DNA of 24,005 nucleotides from Octopus sinensis (GCF_006345805.1 NW_021836456.1:1-24005); one strand, 5' to 3'; positions 1-11,829 are shown, numbered from the stretch's first letter. Made by a program: numbers and translations. Notes: a model not told the origin generated them from the letters alone.

Positions 1-31
1 TATCTAATATATATATATATATAATATATAT

Positions 32-72
<41 letters not shown>

Positions 73-243
73 ATATATATATATATATACAAATATATAT
101 ATATATATATATAATATGTATATATATATATATATATATATATTATTTGTATATATATATATATAATATTATATGTAATTATATATATATATATATGTAT
201 GTATATATATATTGTTGTATTTTGGGTATATATATGTATGTAT
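1..243. repeat. (TA)n-rich microsatellite
   Basis: Near-continuous TA dinucleotides with irregular interruptions. Confidence 0.95.
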
Positions 244-245
244 CT

Positions 246-547
246 GTGAAGGCACGTGGCTTAGTGGTTAGGGCATTCCACTCACGATCTTACGATCGGG
301 AGTTCAATTCCCGGCGACGCGTTGTGTCCTTGACCAAGACACTTTATTTCACGTTGCTCCAGTTCACTCGGCTGTATCTGTATTTCAAAGAACCACGCTG
401 AATCTCCCTGAGAACTACGTTAAGGGTATGCGTGTCTGTGGAGTGCTCAGCCACTTGCATGTTAATTTCACTAACTAGCTGTTCCGCTGATCGTATCAGC
501 TGGGACCCTCGTCGCCGCAACCGACGGAGTGCTCCTTACAACAAAAA
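246..547 (+). mobile_element. tRNA-derived SINE, family A
   Basis: A-box-like TGGCTTAGTGG and B-box-like GAGTTCAATTCC, CORE-like GTGTCCTTGACCAAGACACTT segment, A-rich tail. Homologous copy on the - strand at 11305-11627 and fragment at 14348-14458. Confidence 0.85.
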
Positions 548-950
548 ATATATGTATGTATACATACATATATACATACATACAAGCATACATATATACA
601 TACACTCACACAAACTTATATACATGTGTGTTTCTATATGTATGTATCTGTGTCCCTGTGTGCGCGTGTACTTATGTATGTATATATGTATGCATATATA
701 TACATACACACACAAACATATACACACACAGCGACATACATGCACAATCTACCAACATACACATACATATCTACGTATGTGTATCGCCGTCATTATCATC
801 ATTGTCATCATTGTCGTCGTCGTCATCATCACCACCACCATCATCATCGTCGTCATCGTCATCACCGTCGTCATCATTGTCATCATCGTCGTCGTCACCA
901 TCATCACCAACATCATCATCATCATCATCGTCGTCGTCGTCATCGTCATT
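548..950. repeat. compound TA/CA/TACA then (CAT/CGT)n microsatellite
   Basis: Direct inspection; explains the low-complexity ORFs at 432-998. Confidence 0.9.
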
Positions 951-1329
951 ATCCAGTGTCTTTGTGAAAAAAAATGGGTGACTGACAAAAATGATTAAGG
1001 GTAATCGCCCTACACCATGTATGGGCTTGTATATTGGAGACCAACAGTTGGGAGAGGGCTCGTGCTGTCGCTGGACAGGGTAATCCTGAATATGTGGGTT
1101 ATTATTATTATTATTACTTTGATGGTTGTATATTCTATTCTATCAAGAGGACTGCACCATTCATGTGCTCACATGCGTTGCCTTACAATTATGTACTTTT
1201 TTAATATCATTTCAAACCCCTCTTCCTTTCTTTAGCCTTGTCTTCCTTTATGTAAACCCCTCCATGCAAATTGTTGACTGCCCTTGTGACGTACCCCTTG
1301 TCTATGCCACTGAGGTTAACAAAATAGAT

Positions 1330-1374
1330 CATCGTCATCGCTATCATAATAATAATAAAATAATAATAATAATA

Positions 1375-1410
<36 letters not shown>

Positions 1411-1428
1411 ACTACTACAACTACTACA

Positions 1429-1521
<93 letters not shown>

Positions 1522-1530
1522 GTTATTATT
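1330..1530. repeat. compound trinucleotide microsatellite (AAT)(GAT)(ACT)(ATT)
   Basis: Direct inspection. Confidence 0.95.
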
Positions 1531-1750
1531 GAGGCGGCAAGCTGGCACAATCGTTAGCACACTGGAAGAAATGCTTAGCGGTGTTTCTCCCGTCGCTACG
1601 TTCCGAGTTCAAATTGCGCCGAGGTCGACTTTTCATGTCATCTTTTCGGGGTCGATAAACTAAGTACCAGTGAAATTCTGGGGTGGATGTATTCGACTAG
1701 TCCCCACCCCCAAACTTCCAGGCATGGTGCCTATAATAGAAAAGATCATC
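1531..1750 (+). mobile_element. tRNA-derived SINE, family C
   Basis: GGCGGCAAGCTGGCA head, GAGTTCAAATT B-box-like motif, TTTCGGGGTCGATAAA central block shared with the copies at 7923, 11830 and 19545; (TAT)n tail. Confidence 0.85.
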
Positions 1751-1755
1751 ATTAC

Positions 1756-1801
<46 letters not shown>

Positions 1802-1807
1802 TATTAT

Positions 1808-2130
1808 TCAGTAGTTTTATTTTTATAGCGTGCTTTCACTTCACTACCGAGCGCAGCTCTGTGTGCCTGGGTATGTGCTGTGATTTGTTGTGATGCTCTG
1901 ATGGTTATTGTATGGAAAGTGTTCTGCGTAGGATGTGTGCTTGCCTAGTAGTGCAATTTTCTGTATGTTATATGTGTTTGTAAGTCCTGGTGTTTTTGTT
2001 ATTTATTTGTCTGAATATTTTTTTTCATGCCTAATGCACCACTATGATAGGAATTGTTTCTGTTTTCAGGTTCCACATTCTAGTTACCTCTATTTCCAGG
2101 TCTTTGTATTTTGAGAGTTTTCTCCATTCT
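1808..2130 (-). mobile_element. 3' end of an R4/Dong-like RLE non-LTR retrotransposon
   Basis: The minus strand reads KLSKYKDLEIEVTRMWNLKTETIPII and, across frameshifts, TPGLTNTYNIQKIALLG..HILRRTLSIQ* (stop 1905-1907). A short 3'UTR and (TAA)n follow. These are C-terminal motifs typical of RLE LINEs. Confidence 0.8.
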
Positions 2131-2134
2131 TTTA

Positions 2135-2203
<69 letters not shown>

Positions 2204-2276
2204 TTTTATTATTATTTTATTATTATTATTATTAATTTTATTATTATTTTATATTATTATTATTATTATTATTATC

Positions 2277-2313
<37 letters not shown>

Positions 2314-2357
2314 TATTATCATTATTTTATTATTATTATCATTATTATTTATTTATT

Positions 2358-2429
<72 letters not shown>

Positions 2430-2448
2430 GTCATCATCATCATTATTA
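2130..2448. repeat. (TAT)n/(CAT)n microsatellite
   Basis: Direct inspection. Confidence 0.95.
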
Positions 2449-3568
2449 TATGAAAACTCACAGCTTATTTTGCAATTGTTACCTATCCACAGAGCCAGCA
2501 GACTAAGATGACACTTGTTTACTGGTCATGCTTCAAAAACGCTGCGAAGAATTCTTGTAGTTCCAAGCAATGTTGATTTTTGTAGGTGTTTTACCTTCAC
2601 ACTTGCACCAATCTTTTTCGCCATGTTAGTAGCTGAGTGCTGATACTTCCAAGTGCAACAATTACTATTGTTATCACGTCTACTCTCTTCATTGACCACA
2701 ACCTTCCTATTTCCCTACTTCAAATCGTCATAGTTGTTTATTTTTCTTCTTCATTCACATTGATCCTGTTGTTATTGGGGCAAGCTATGTCCATTATCAT
2801 ACACGTTCTTTCTTTTTTATTCAGCACAACAACGTCCAGTTTCCGATGTCTGGTCAGGTGATCGCACTGGATCGTTGCATCCCACATTATTTTGCAATTC
2901 TTATTTTCGCTGACACCTTCTGGTTTTGGCTCATACCACGTCTTTGCTCTTTGTAGGCCGTCATTTCCACAGAGCTCCCAATGGGTCATTCTTGCCACAT
3001 TGTCATTGCATTGTGCCGCTTTCGGGCATTCGCTAACGATGTGCCATACCATTTCCCTCCTCTCACTACACATTCTACATTTGTTGATACCGATTGTGTT
3101 GTCTATTCTGCATTTCATGTAGTTGGTCCTTGATGCTTGTTCTTGAGCTGCGCATATGAGTGCTTCTGTCTCTATCTTCAGGTCACTCATCCTCAATCTA
3201 ACCCCTAACCCCTAACCGTCTGTATCTGTCTTGACATTTACATCTCTCGCAAACTGACCATACATTTTCTTTTCCTTCCATGCCATTCCATGTTTAAACT
3301 TTTCTTTCGTTACACAATTTTCAGTTTTGATGACGCCAGCCTTCTGTGTGTGTTTCAACATTGGCCCCATGGCATTTTTTATATCCCACCCTAAGCTGTT
3401 TCCCTCTGCTTCGATTCAGTCGGGGAAACTGATCAAACCTCTCCTACCCATTCTTCTGGACAAGTCCAGCCTATCGGTGCCACTCTTAGTGTTGAAGGCT
3501 CCGAGTACTGCCAACATTTTTCTGGTCTTGGTATCCATTTTCTTCACTTCTTTGGTTTGCCATTTTAC
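2449..3568 (-). mobile_element. 5'-truncated, decayed R4/Dong-like RLE non-LTR retrotransposon
   Basis: ORF pieces: post-RT segment MDTKTRKMLAVLGAFNTKSGTDRLDLSRRMGRRGLI, AAQEQA, zinc knuckle CRMC...HIVSEC, degenerate PD-(D/E)xK region RHRKLDVVVL...MDIACP, and terminal KSTLLGTTRILRSVFEA*. Both flanks are (TAA)n. Confidence 0.88.
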
Positions 3569-3576
3569 TATTATTA

Positions 3577-3631
<55 letters not shown>

Positions 3632-3735
3632 CGTTATCGTTATTGTTATTATTATTATTGTAATTATTATTATCATTATTATTGTTATTATTATTATTGT
3701 CGTTGTTCTTACTATTATTTGTACTATAGCTGTTG
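3568..3735. repeat. (TAT)n microsatellite
   Basis: Direct inspection. Confidence 0.95.
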
Positions 3736-3769
3736 CTATTGTTAGGATTTATGAATGGACGAAATAAAA

Positions 3770-3891
3770 AAAGACAGAAAGAAATAAGAAAAATAAATAT
3801 ATGAATGAATGGATGGATGAATGAATGTGTAAGGGGAATGAATGGACGAGGGTGGGGGGGGGAATAAGAGAAAAATACTGGAAGGCAAAGT

Positions 3892-3949
<58 letters not shown>

Positions 3950-4040
3950 GGCAAAGGCGAAAGAGAAAAGAAAAAGAAATGGGAAAAAATAGGAAGAAAA
4001 TAAGGAAGGGAGTAATACCGAAAGTAAGGAAGGGAAATGG
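3770..4040. repeat. polypurine tract including (GA)n
   Basis: (GA)n at about 3890-3943 within an A/G-rich low-complexity stretch. Confidence 0.9.
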
Positions 4041-4221
4041 TCTGAAATGAAGCTATTGAAATTGTAACCGGAAACTCCAGCTGTCTGACAGCAATTCTAA
4101 CTGGATCCAGATGTAGAAACAGCCTTCGCTTTCTTTGCTCTCTGCTCTCTCTTTCTTCTCCTTTTTACTTCGTTTCACTGTATGGCAGTAGATGACGACG
4201 GCCATTGGACAACAAACGTCC

Positions 4222-4297
4222 GGTACACACATACATACATATATGTGCATATATATACATATAAATACATATGTATATATGTATATTTTATATATAT

Positions 4298-4345
<48 letters not shown>

Positions 4346-4353
4346 TTTACGTA

Positions 4354-4402
<49 letters not shown>

Positions 4403-4637
4403 TTATTTATTATATATATATATATATATATATACATAAATATATATATACATAAATATATATATATATATATAATATATATATACATATATGCATATGT
4501 ATGTATATATATATATATACACACAAATATATATATATACATGCTGATATGCATAACATGTACATATGTGTGTGCGTATGTATATATGTATATAAATATG
4601 GAGACACGCATATGTAGGCATGTGTATGCATATTTTT

Positions 4638-4677
<40 letters not shown>

Positions 4678-4987
4678 TATTTCACATGTGTTGACACACT
4701 GATACACGCATTCATAAATATACATATACGCATATCGTACACATATAACCCTTCAATTATGGAAGATACATGTAAATAATTTCGCATATATGTATAAATG
4801 TATATGTGGATGTATATGTATAAACATATTTATACACATGCATATATATATATATATATATATATATCTATGTGTGTGTGTGTGTGTGTGTATGTGTGTA
4901 TGTGTGCATACGTATATACGAACATGTGCATATATATATATATATATAATATATATATACACACACACCCACACACACACGCGCATG

Positions 4988-5024
<37 letters not shown>

Positions 5025-5215
5025 TCATATAAATGTGATGTGTCAAAAGCATATGACTTTATTTATATATATGTGTATCTATGTATATGTATGTGTGCGT
5101 TTGTGTGTGTTTTCGTGTGTGTGTGTATATGTGTGTGTGTTTGCATGTCTGTGTGTGTGTGTGTGTGTGTTTGTTTGTGTCACATAAAAAGCATATGAAG
5201 ATATATATATACTCA
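4222..5215. repeat. about 1 kb compound (TA)/(TG)/(CA) microsatellite
   Basis: Direct inspection. Confidence 0.95.
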
Positions 5216-5474
5216 TTAAATATATGAATGCGGGCATGCCATCATTTTAAAGTTATTCGTTTCGTGTCTTCGCTTAAGATCTTCATTTCCCCTTTAAATG
5301 CATAACGGTTCTCTAAAGAAAAGTGACAATTTGGGAACATCTTCGAACATAATTCTTAACATTCGCCAAGCAAATGAACAAAACCTTGCCCAACCCGTCG
5401 AGTAATATTCTGAACCGGAACAACATATCGGTAACTTCAATATGGAACAGGATGAGATTGGCTGGTCCTGTTGT

Positions 5475-5513
5475 TATCATCATCATCATCATTATCATCA
5501 TCATCACCATCAC

Positions 5514-5548
<35 letters not shown>

Positions 5549-5601
5549 CCGTCACCGTCACCATCATCATCATCATCATCACATCATCATCATCATCATC
5601 A

Positions 5602-5645
<44 letters not shown>
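5475..5645. repeat. (CAT)n/(TAT)n microsatellite
   Basis: Direct inspection. Confidence 0.95.
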
Positions 5646-5784
5646 GTTTTTTGTATTATTTTTTGTATTTATATTCGTGTAACATCGTCCGTTTTTCTGT
5701 CCTTGTTTCGTATACATTCGATACTTTTTCCAAGGAATCTAATGCTCTTAGCTTAGTTTTTTCCTTGGGGCTGGCCAGATTGCA

Positions 5785-5850
5785 GCAATCTCAAGATTAA
5801 TCAGCCGAAATTGCGAAGATGATCCTGTTCTTGACTGAAGATTAAAGGCT
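5785..5850 (+). ncRNA. hammerhead-core motif with non-canonical strand order (copy 1)
   Basis: GCAAT-C | TCAAGA - TTAATCAGCC - GAA-ATTGC - 14 nt - TCTTGA-CTGAAGA. Stem III 5 bp and stem I 6 bp are both in register with the core. Confidence 0.6.
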
Positions 5851-5931
5851 TCGAATGACCCGTCCGTGTTTTTTATATTGTCTATCTGGATGCTTTGCGT
5901 TCTTGTCCCATTTTGTATTTTTTTTTGTATA

Positions 5932-6335
5932 TAGGTGCAGGAGTGGCTGTGTGGTAAGTAGCTTGCTAACCAACCACATGGTTCCGGGTTCAGTCCCACT
6001 GCGTGGCATCTTGGGCAAGTGTCTTCTTCTATAGCCCCGGGCCGACCAATGCCTTGTGAGTGGATTTGGTAGATGGAAACTGAAAGAAGCCTGTCGTATA
6101 TATGTATATATATATATGTGTGTTTTTCTGTGTCTGTGTTTGTCCCCCTAGCATTGCTTGACAACCGATGCTGGTGTGTTTACGTCCCCGTCACTTAGCG
6201 GTTCGGCAAAAAGAGACCGATAGAATAAGTACTGGGCTTACAAAGAATAAGTCCCGGGGTCGATTTGCTCGACTAAAGGCGGTGCTCCAGCATGGCCGCA
6301 GTCAAATGACTGAAACAAGTAAAAGAAAAAAAAAC
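5932..6335 (+). mobile_element. tRNA-derived SINE, family B
   Basis: TGGCTGTGTGG and GGTTCAGTCCC promoter-box-like motifs, CORE-like CTTGGGCAAGTGTCTTC, internal (TA/TG) tract, GAAACAAGTAAAAGA tail. Second copy at 9196-9600. Confidence 0.88.
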
Positions 6336-6661
6336 TAAGAAAAAATATATTATTGAAGATATATATTGTAAATATGAGAAAAATCTGGTGACTTAAGATC
6401 AACAGATCTTCCTGTGTACCATCGAATATTCATTCCAAGAATAAATATCAGTCATGAGATCACTTCAAATTTTTTTCTTTCTAATTTTGGCCAGCAATTT
6501 TGGAAGGAAGAGCAAGCCGGTTACATCTATCCTGTGATACCGGATTTCAGAGTTTGCTTTTCGGATAAGAGAATATGTTAGGATTGATTGACAAACAGCT
6601 GTCAGGGTTAAAATAAAGTAGGATTCATTTCTACAGAATTGAAAACTTGTGTTGCTTTATG

Positions 6662-6855
<194 letters not shown>

Positions 6856-7393
6856 CCCTGATGCAGTACCAGGCAGTGGCTCTCATGGCTTCTGATCTTA
6901 ACTGATTGGAAGTGTTATCATGTACATTGTTTTGTCTTGGTATAAAAGATGGGCTACAGCAAATATTATGCTTGTCAGTTGTTTGACCTGAACCAGTTGA
7001 GCATGTCCCTTAGTGGCTGACGATATGTGCATCTCTGATCACGAGCAGAAGTAGTGGGGGAGCATCATAGCCATGTGTTGAGAGGGATTCTTTGGGGTTT
7101 GAATAATTCACCCTTGGAAACATGGGTGGTTCGTTCAACATCATTAAACAACCTTTATTCAGGGACCTTTTTGAGCGGGATGGGCTACTCGACCAGAAGA
7201 AAATTCTAACTGGGCCCCACCTGCAGGATCATGCGCTGTTTATCTTGATATGAGATCACAATGTCGCGCTCACATGGTTGTGATGCATGTACCTGGTGTA
7301 CCCTTATCAAACGGGTACTCATGATGGGTATACTGGGCTTCTTATATTTTACCCCAGTGTCACTTTGACGGCATGCACTGCGCTCTCACTCAG
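6856..7393 (+). mobile_element. unclassified interspersed element flanked by (AAT)n/(AAC)n, possibly a non-autonomous or 3'UTR derivative of a TAA-targeting LINE
   Basis: About 540 bp of complex sequence with sharp boundaries inside trinucleotide arrays and no recognisable ORF. The class is inferred only from this context. Confidence 0.4.
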
Positions 7394-7400
7394 CAACAAT

Positions 7401-7442
<42 letters not shown>

Positions 7443-7493
7443 AATAATAATAATAATAATATAATAATAATAATAATAACAACAACAACAACA
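7394..7493. repeat. (AAC)n/(AAT)n microsatellite
   Basis: Direct inspection. Confidence 0.95.
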
Positions 7494-7922
7494 TAAGTCT
7501 CAGTGATCAAGAGTTTGTAGTGTTTTATGTTTAAAATAACAGAACGTCATAGATGCACATTTGATGGGGTTTTGTTTAAATAAAGGAATGCGGTAGTCAT
7601 CATTCATACAGAGTTTTATATTTAAATAAGAAAGTGCAATCTTAGCAGCATTTGTTGATTAAATAGAATAACATAGTTGTCAGGTTTTTGTTTATATATA
7701 AAATAATGTTGTACGATTCATTGCCACAGAATTATCTGGGCTTGTTTTTAAATACGACGATGTGACAGCTTTCATTGAGGCAGAGTTTGCGGTGTTTTTT
7801 TAAAATTAAAAGTATGATTCCTCGTACATTTTGCAGGTTCTGCTTTTATATAAGAGAATGAGACAGAAGACATTGGTATAAATCAATGATGCTTTGCAGC
7901 TTATAAAGGTATATCGTAGAAT

Positions 7923-8161
7923 AAGGCGGCAAGCTGGCAGAAACGTTAGCACGCCGGGCGAAATGCGTAGCCGTATTTCGTCTGCCGTTACGTTCTGGGT
8001 TCAAATTCCGCCGAGGTCGACTTTGCCTTTCATCCTTTCGGGGTCGATAAATTAAGAACCAGTTACGCACTGGGGTCGATGTAATCGACTTAATCCCTTT
8101 GTCTGTCTTTGTTTGTCCCCTCTATGTTTAGCCCCTTGTTATTATTAGCAGTAAAAAATTA
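7923..8161 (+). mobile_element. SINE family C with 21-bp TSD
   Basis: Perfect direct repeat TATAAAGGTATATCGTAGAAT at 7902-7922 and 8162-8182. Confidence 0.92.
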
Positions 8162-8342
8162 TATAAAGGTATATCGTAGAATTTATTTCCACATAGTTGG
8201 CAGCGTTTGTCGTTTAAATAAGAGAATGCGGTTGCTATCATTTGTACACAACTGATATGATTCGTTATTTAAATAGGAGGATGATTCGGAATTCCTTGGT
8301 GCAGTGATTATACGTTTGATTTCTAAATAAAAGGAATTACAA

Positions 8343-8638
8343 CCGTGTTTCGTGGTCTGCTACCACAACAGTTCCTTTATAGGATCCAGTTAGCTCAAGA
8401 CATCATCAGGAGGAACCACGTCCGGTTTCGGCCCCTATTCCTCTACCGTTCTGACGTGGCGCCCCACCCCCTTTCGGAGGTGTCTTCAGCTCTGGTGTTG
8501 GGTGCATGTCTTCTTTCTTCTTCTTTCTTCTGTTCCCTGGCCTCTTCGATGTATCGTCAGCGAGTGTCAGCCGGTGACTGACTGACTTGTCAAATTTTCC
8601 CCTTTAAATACCTGCTGCTAGGCTCCAGCAGGCAGCTC
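8343..8638 (-). mobile_element. about 300-bp GC-rich structured element (pLTR/LTR-like) inserted in the minisatellite
   Basis: The flanks rejoin into one 55-bp unit (…GGAATTACAA|GATTC…), with CAA on both sides. The element contains a TATTTAAA motif, hairpins, and three CTGANGA plus two GAAAC motifs on the - strand. Confidence 0.65.
8403..8459 (-). ncRNA. hammerhead-core motif with non-canonical strand order (copy 2)
   Basis: CCACGTC-AGAA-CGGT-A | GAGGAA-TAGGGGCC-GAA-ACCG-GACGTGG-TTCCTC-CTGATGA. Confidence 0.65.
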
Positions 8639-9195
8639 CAAGATTCTTTAGTGCACATGTTGCCGGTTTGTTTCAGCATCACAATGCCGTAGATTCCAGT
8701 GGGGGTTTTTTTTTTAGTAAAATACTAAAGCGGTACTCATTGATACAAATTTTGCAAGTGCTTTGTTTAAATCTGAAAATATGTTAGGATTCATTGACAA
8801 AGAATATTCCGGTTTTGTTGTTGAAAAATAAGAGTATAATAAGATTCATTTTTAGTGAGCTCCCAGAGTTCTTATGTCAGACTCATGGCGCAGATTTTGC
8901 AGGGTTTAATGCTCAAATAACTGAATATAAGATTCATTGGTACAACTTCGGCAGTTTTGTTGTTTAAATGACAGAATATTATTAAAATTCAGATGAACAC
9001 ATTTGGCTGAGTTTCTTCTTTAAATTTGATTATATCGTACATTCATTGGTATAAGTTTTACACGATTTGTTTTTGTCTCCCTGCTTTTAGTATGAGAACA
9101 GAGAAGGAGTCATTGTACTGTTGGGCGAATTTGTTGTCTAAATAAGTGAATATTTTAGGATTCATGGGTACAGAGTTGACAGGGATTGTTTTGAC

Positions 9196-9358
9196 TGTGT
9201 GGTAAGTAGCTTGCTTACCAACCTCATGGTTCCGGGTTCGGTCCTACTGCATGGCACCTTGGGCAAGTGTCTTCTACTATAGCCTCGGGCCGACCAAAGC
9301 CTTGTGAGTGGATTTGGTAGACGGAAACTGAAAGAAGCCCGTCGTATATACGTATATG

Positions 9359-9391
<33 letters not shown>

Positions 9392-9600
9392 CTGTGTTAG
9401 TTCTCCCAACATCACTTGTTAGCCGATGCTGGTGTGTTTACGTTCCCGTAACTTAGCGGTTCGGCAAAAGCGACCGATAGAATAAGTACTAGGCTTACAA
9501 AGAATAAATCCTGGGGTCGATTTTCTCGATTAAAGGTGGTGCTCCAGCATGGCCGCAGTCAAATGACTGAAACAAGTAAAAGAGTAAAAGAATAAAGAGT
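9196..9600 (+). mobile_element. SINE family B, slightly 5'-truncated
   Basis: Colinear with 5940-6330. Confidence 0.88.
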
Positions 9601-10692
9601 AGGAATCATTGGTGCATAGATGGCAGGGTAAGTTGTTTAAAGGAGAAAATATGGTTAATTCGTCGGTACAGAGTTGACAGGTTTTGTAGCTTAAATAAGA
9701 CTATATGTTAAGATTAATCTAGTAGCGTTTTTTTTTTTATTGAATTACGAGAATACTACAGCAAACTTTGTCTTTGGTATAAAGCATTATATATCAATGC
9801 TAGGATATATTGATACCGATTCAATAGAACTTGCTGTTTAACTATAAGAATGCGGTATGGTTATTTGGCAAAGTTGCCAATTTTTTTAGTTAAATAAGGG
9901 GATTCTGTAGAATTTAGTGGTACAACAGTTTTTTGTTTAATAATGAGAATGTGAAACGATTCTTTAGCACAGATTTGTCGATGATTTTATTATTAAATGA
10001 GAGAATACGCCAGGACTCGTTGGTACAGGATTTGCAGGTTCTGTTGTTGAAATGAAAGATTATGGTAGGATCCTCTTGCACAGAATTGGCAGGATGTGTT
10101 GCTTTGATAAGGAAATGCAAAAGAATTCCATGGCACAGTGTTTGTAGGGTTTGTCGTGTAAATATACAGAATATGGTAAGATTCATTGGTACAGATTAGG
10201 CATGGTGTATAAAGATTGCGATAGAATTCTGTGCTACAGATTTGGCAGAGTTTGTTGTTTAAATGAGAATATATTATAGGGTTCAATGGTACAGATTTTG
10301 CTGAGATTCTTTTAATTATATGAATATAGTAAGAGTTTGTGTTACCCAGTTTGCAGGTTTTTTAATTAACCGATTATGTTAAGATCCAATGTGCCTAAGC
10401 GGCACGGTTTATTGTTAAATAACAGAATATGTTAAAATTCAGTGGTACAGAGTTAGCAGGGGGCTGGTTTTGATATGAGAATATTGCAGGATTCAGTGGT
10501 TCCGCACAGGCAGTTTTTGTTGTTTAACCACGAGTAGATTTTGGGTGCACAGTAATGTTTTCAGAAAAAGGGTTGCATGAAATCTGTCCTAGGGCGGTGA
10601 ATTTGATGTTGTTAAATTTTAGTTTGATAATTTGTAGAGTGTATTAATCATATATTAACGATAGAGACAGGATTGATGCCGATGGGGTAATA

Positions 10693-11258
10693 TTGGGTTG
10701 TCCGGAAAGTTCGTGCGGATTTTTAAAGGAAAGAAAAAGGCCAATAAATACTTGCTATTACATTTTTAATCAACGAAATATGAACCATTTTGTTGCACAA
10801 TGCGTCTCCATCTTTCCTTTAACTTGAAAATATCCTCTTCCCAGAATTGAGGTGGTTTCATGGCAAAGAATTCATCAAGGTATCTTTTTACGTCATCCAA
10901 GGAATTGAAATTTTTACCATTAAGACTATTCTGCAGAGACCTGAATAAGTGGAAATCCGAAGGAGCAATATCTGGTGAATATGGAGGGTGGGGTAACACA
11001 TCCCAGCCGAGCTGCAGCAATTTTTGTCTGGTTCCCAAAGCATCAAGTGCCGAAAATGAACTTTCTTATCTTCCATTTTAAAGGGTTACTGAATTAACAC
11101 AGGTTATAGGAATATAAACTTTCTTCCTCGAAAAGATAGCTTAAACTGTGCTCTAAATGGAGGTGTAGTCAAATCCTATTTTATGGACTTGACCATGTTC
11201 TAAAATAAGTCGAAATGTAAGCTACTATAAATCGCCACGAACTTTCCGGACAACCCAA
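10693..11258 (-). mobile_element. internally deleted mariner (Tc1/mariner) element
   Basis: 30-bp TIRs TTGGGTTGTCCGGAAAGTTCGTG(CG/GC)GATTT match at 28/30; TA on the left flank, TG on the right. 566 bp long. Confidence 0.93.
10766..11076 (-). pseudogene. mariner transposase remnant (N-terminal 15 aa joined out of frame to the C-terminal ~88 aa)
   Basis: MEDKKVHFRHLMLWE (ATG at 11076) is followed directly by RQKLLQLGWDVLPHPPYSPDIAPSDFHLFRSLQ...; YSPD(I/L)AP(S)D is the mariner C-terminal catalytic signature. Confidence 0.92.
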
Positions 11259-11304
11259 TGTTTATTCCACTTAAAAGTAGGTGTTCTACTATAACAAGCA
11301 ATGT

Positions 11305-11627
11305 CTGGCACTCCGTCGCTTACGACGACGAGTGTTCCAATTGATCCCACCGTCGGAACAACGCGCTCGTGAGATTAACGAGCAAGTGGCTGAGCACTCC
11401 ACAGACACGCGGACCCCTTCACATACTTTTCAGGGAAATTCAGCGTGACACAGAGTGTGATAAGGCTGGCCCTTTGAAATACAGGTGCAACTTATTTCTG
11501 CTAACTGAGTAGACTGGAGCAACGTGAAATAAAGTGTTTTGCTCAAGGAAACAGCGCGCCTCCGAGAATCGGACTCGCGACCCTACGACCGTGACCCAAA
11601 TACCCTAACCACTAAGCCACGCGCATA
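11305..11627 (-). mobile_element. SINE family A
   Basis: Reverse complement is colinear with 246-540. Confidence 0.87.
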
Positions 11628-11829
11628 CACAAGCTATATTGCTGCAGTATATCATATTAGCTTTTTGGTACAAAATTCACTCCTGTTTATATCGCATAAA
11701 CAGAAGTGGATATGTTTTTATAAGAGAACGAATTCCAAGTGACTTCAGATCTGGAGAAAAACGATTCTGCAAAACATTCGACGAAAATTTTTCGATGATT
11801 CTTACAAGAAGACGGAAAGGAAATATATT

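Larger units (their letters stand above)
7510..10620. repeat. degenerate 55-bp tandem minisatellite, interrupted by three insertions
   Basis: Approximate consensus AAATAAGAGAATATGGTAGGATTCATTGGTACAGAGTTGGCAGGTTTTGTTGTTT. The GGTACAG-like anchor recurs at 10022, 10077, 10132 and 10188. Related units also lie at about 6540-6660. Confidence 0.85.

Noticed and set aside
1207-1320. Putative - strand exon GIDKGYVTRAVNNLHGGVYIKEDKAKERKRGLK
   Set aside because: No recognisable protein. It starts CAGTGGCATAGACAAGGGG, which looks more like a DNA transposon end.
147-5187. Many poly-I/Y/H/S, CV and YI ORFs
   Set aside because: They are translations of di- and trinucleotide microsatellites.
5239-5285. 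Possible further a-c-b hammerhead on the - strand (AUC, 14 nt, GAAAC, AUGAUGG)
   Set aside because: Stem III is mismatched and two core bases are altered; too degenerate to call.
7017-7023. Isolated CTGANGA motifs (also about 16279, 21964, 3175- and 20553-)
   Set aside because: No registered stems or partner GAAA; expected by chance or part of LINE codons.
9914-10286. CxxC-containing 18-aa repeats (NKTCQLCTNESYHILLF) on the - strand of the minisatellite
   Set aside because: The unit length is 55 nt, so the frame shifts with each unit, and stops are frequent.
7510-10620. CRISPR-like array
   Set aside because: Contiguous degenerate tandem units without unique spacers, in a eukaryotic context with no cas genes.
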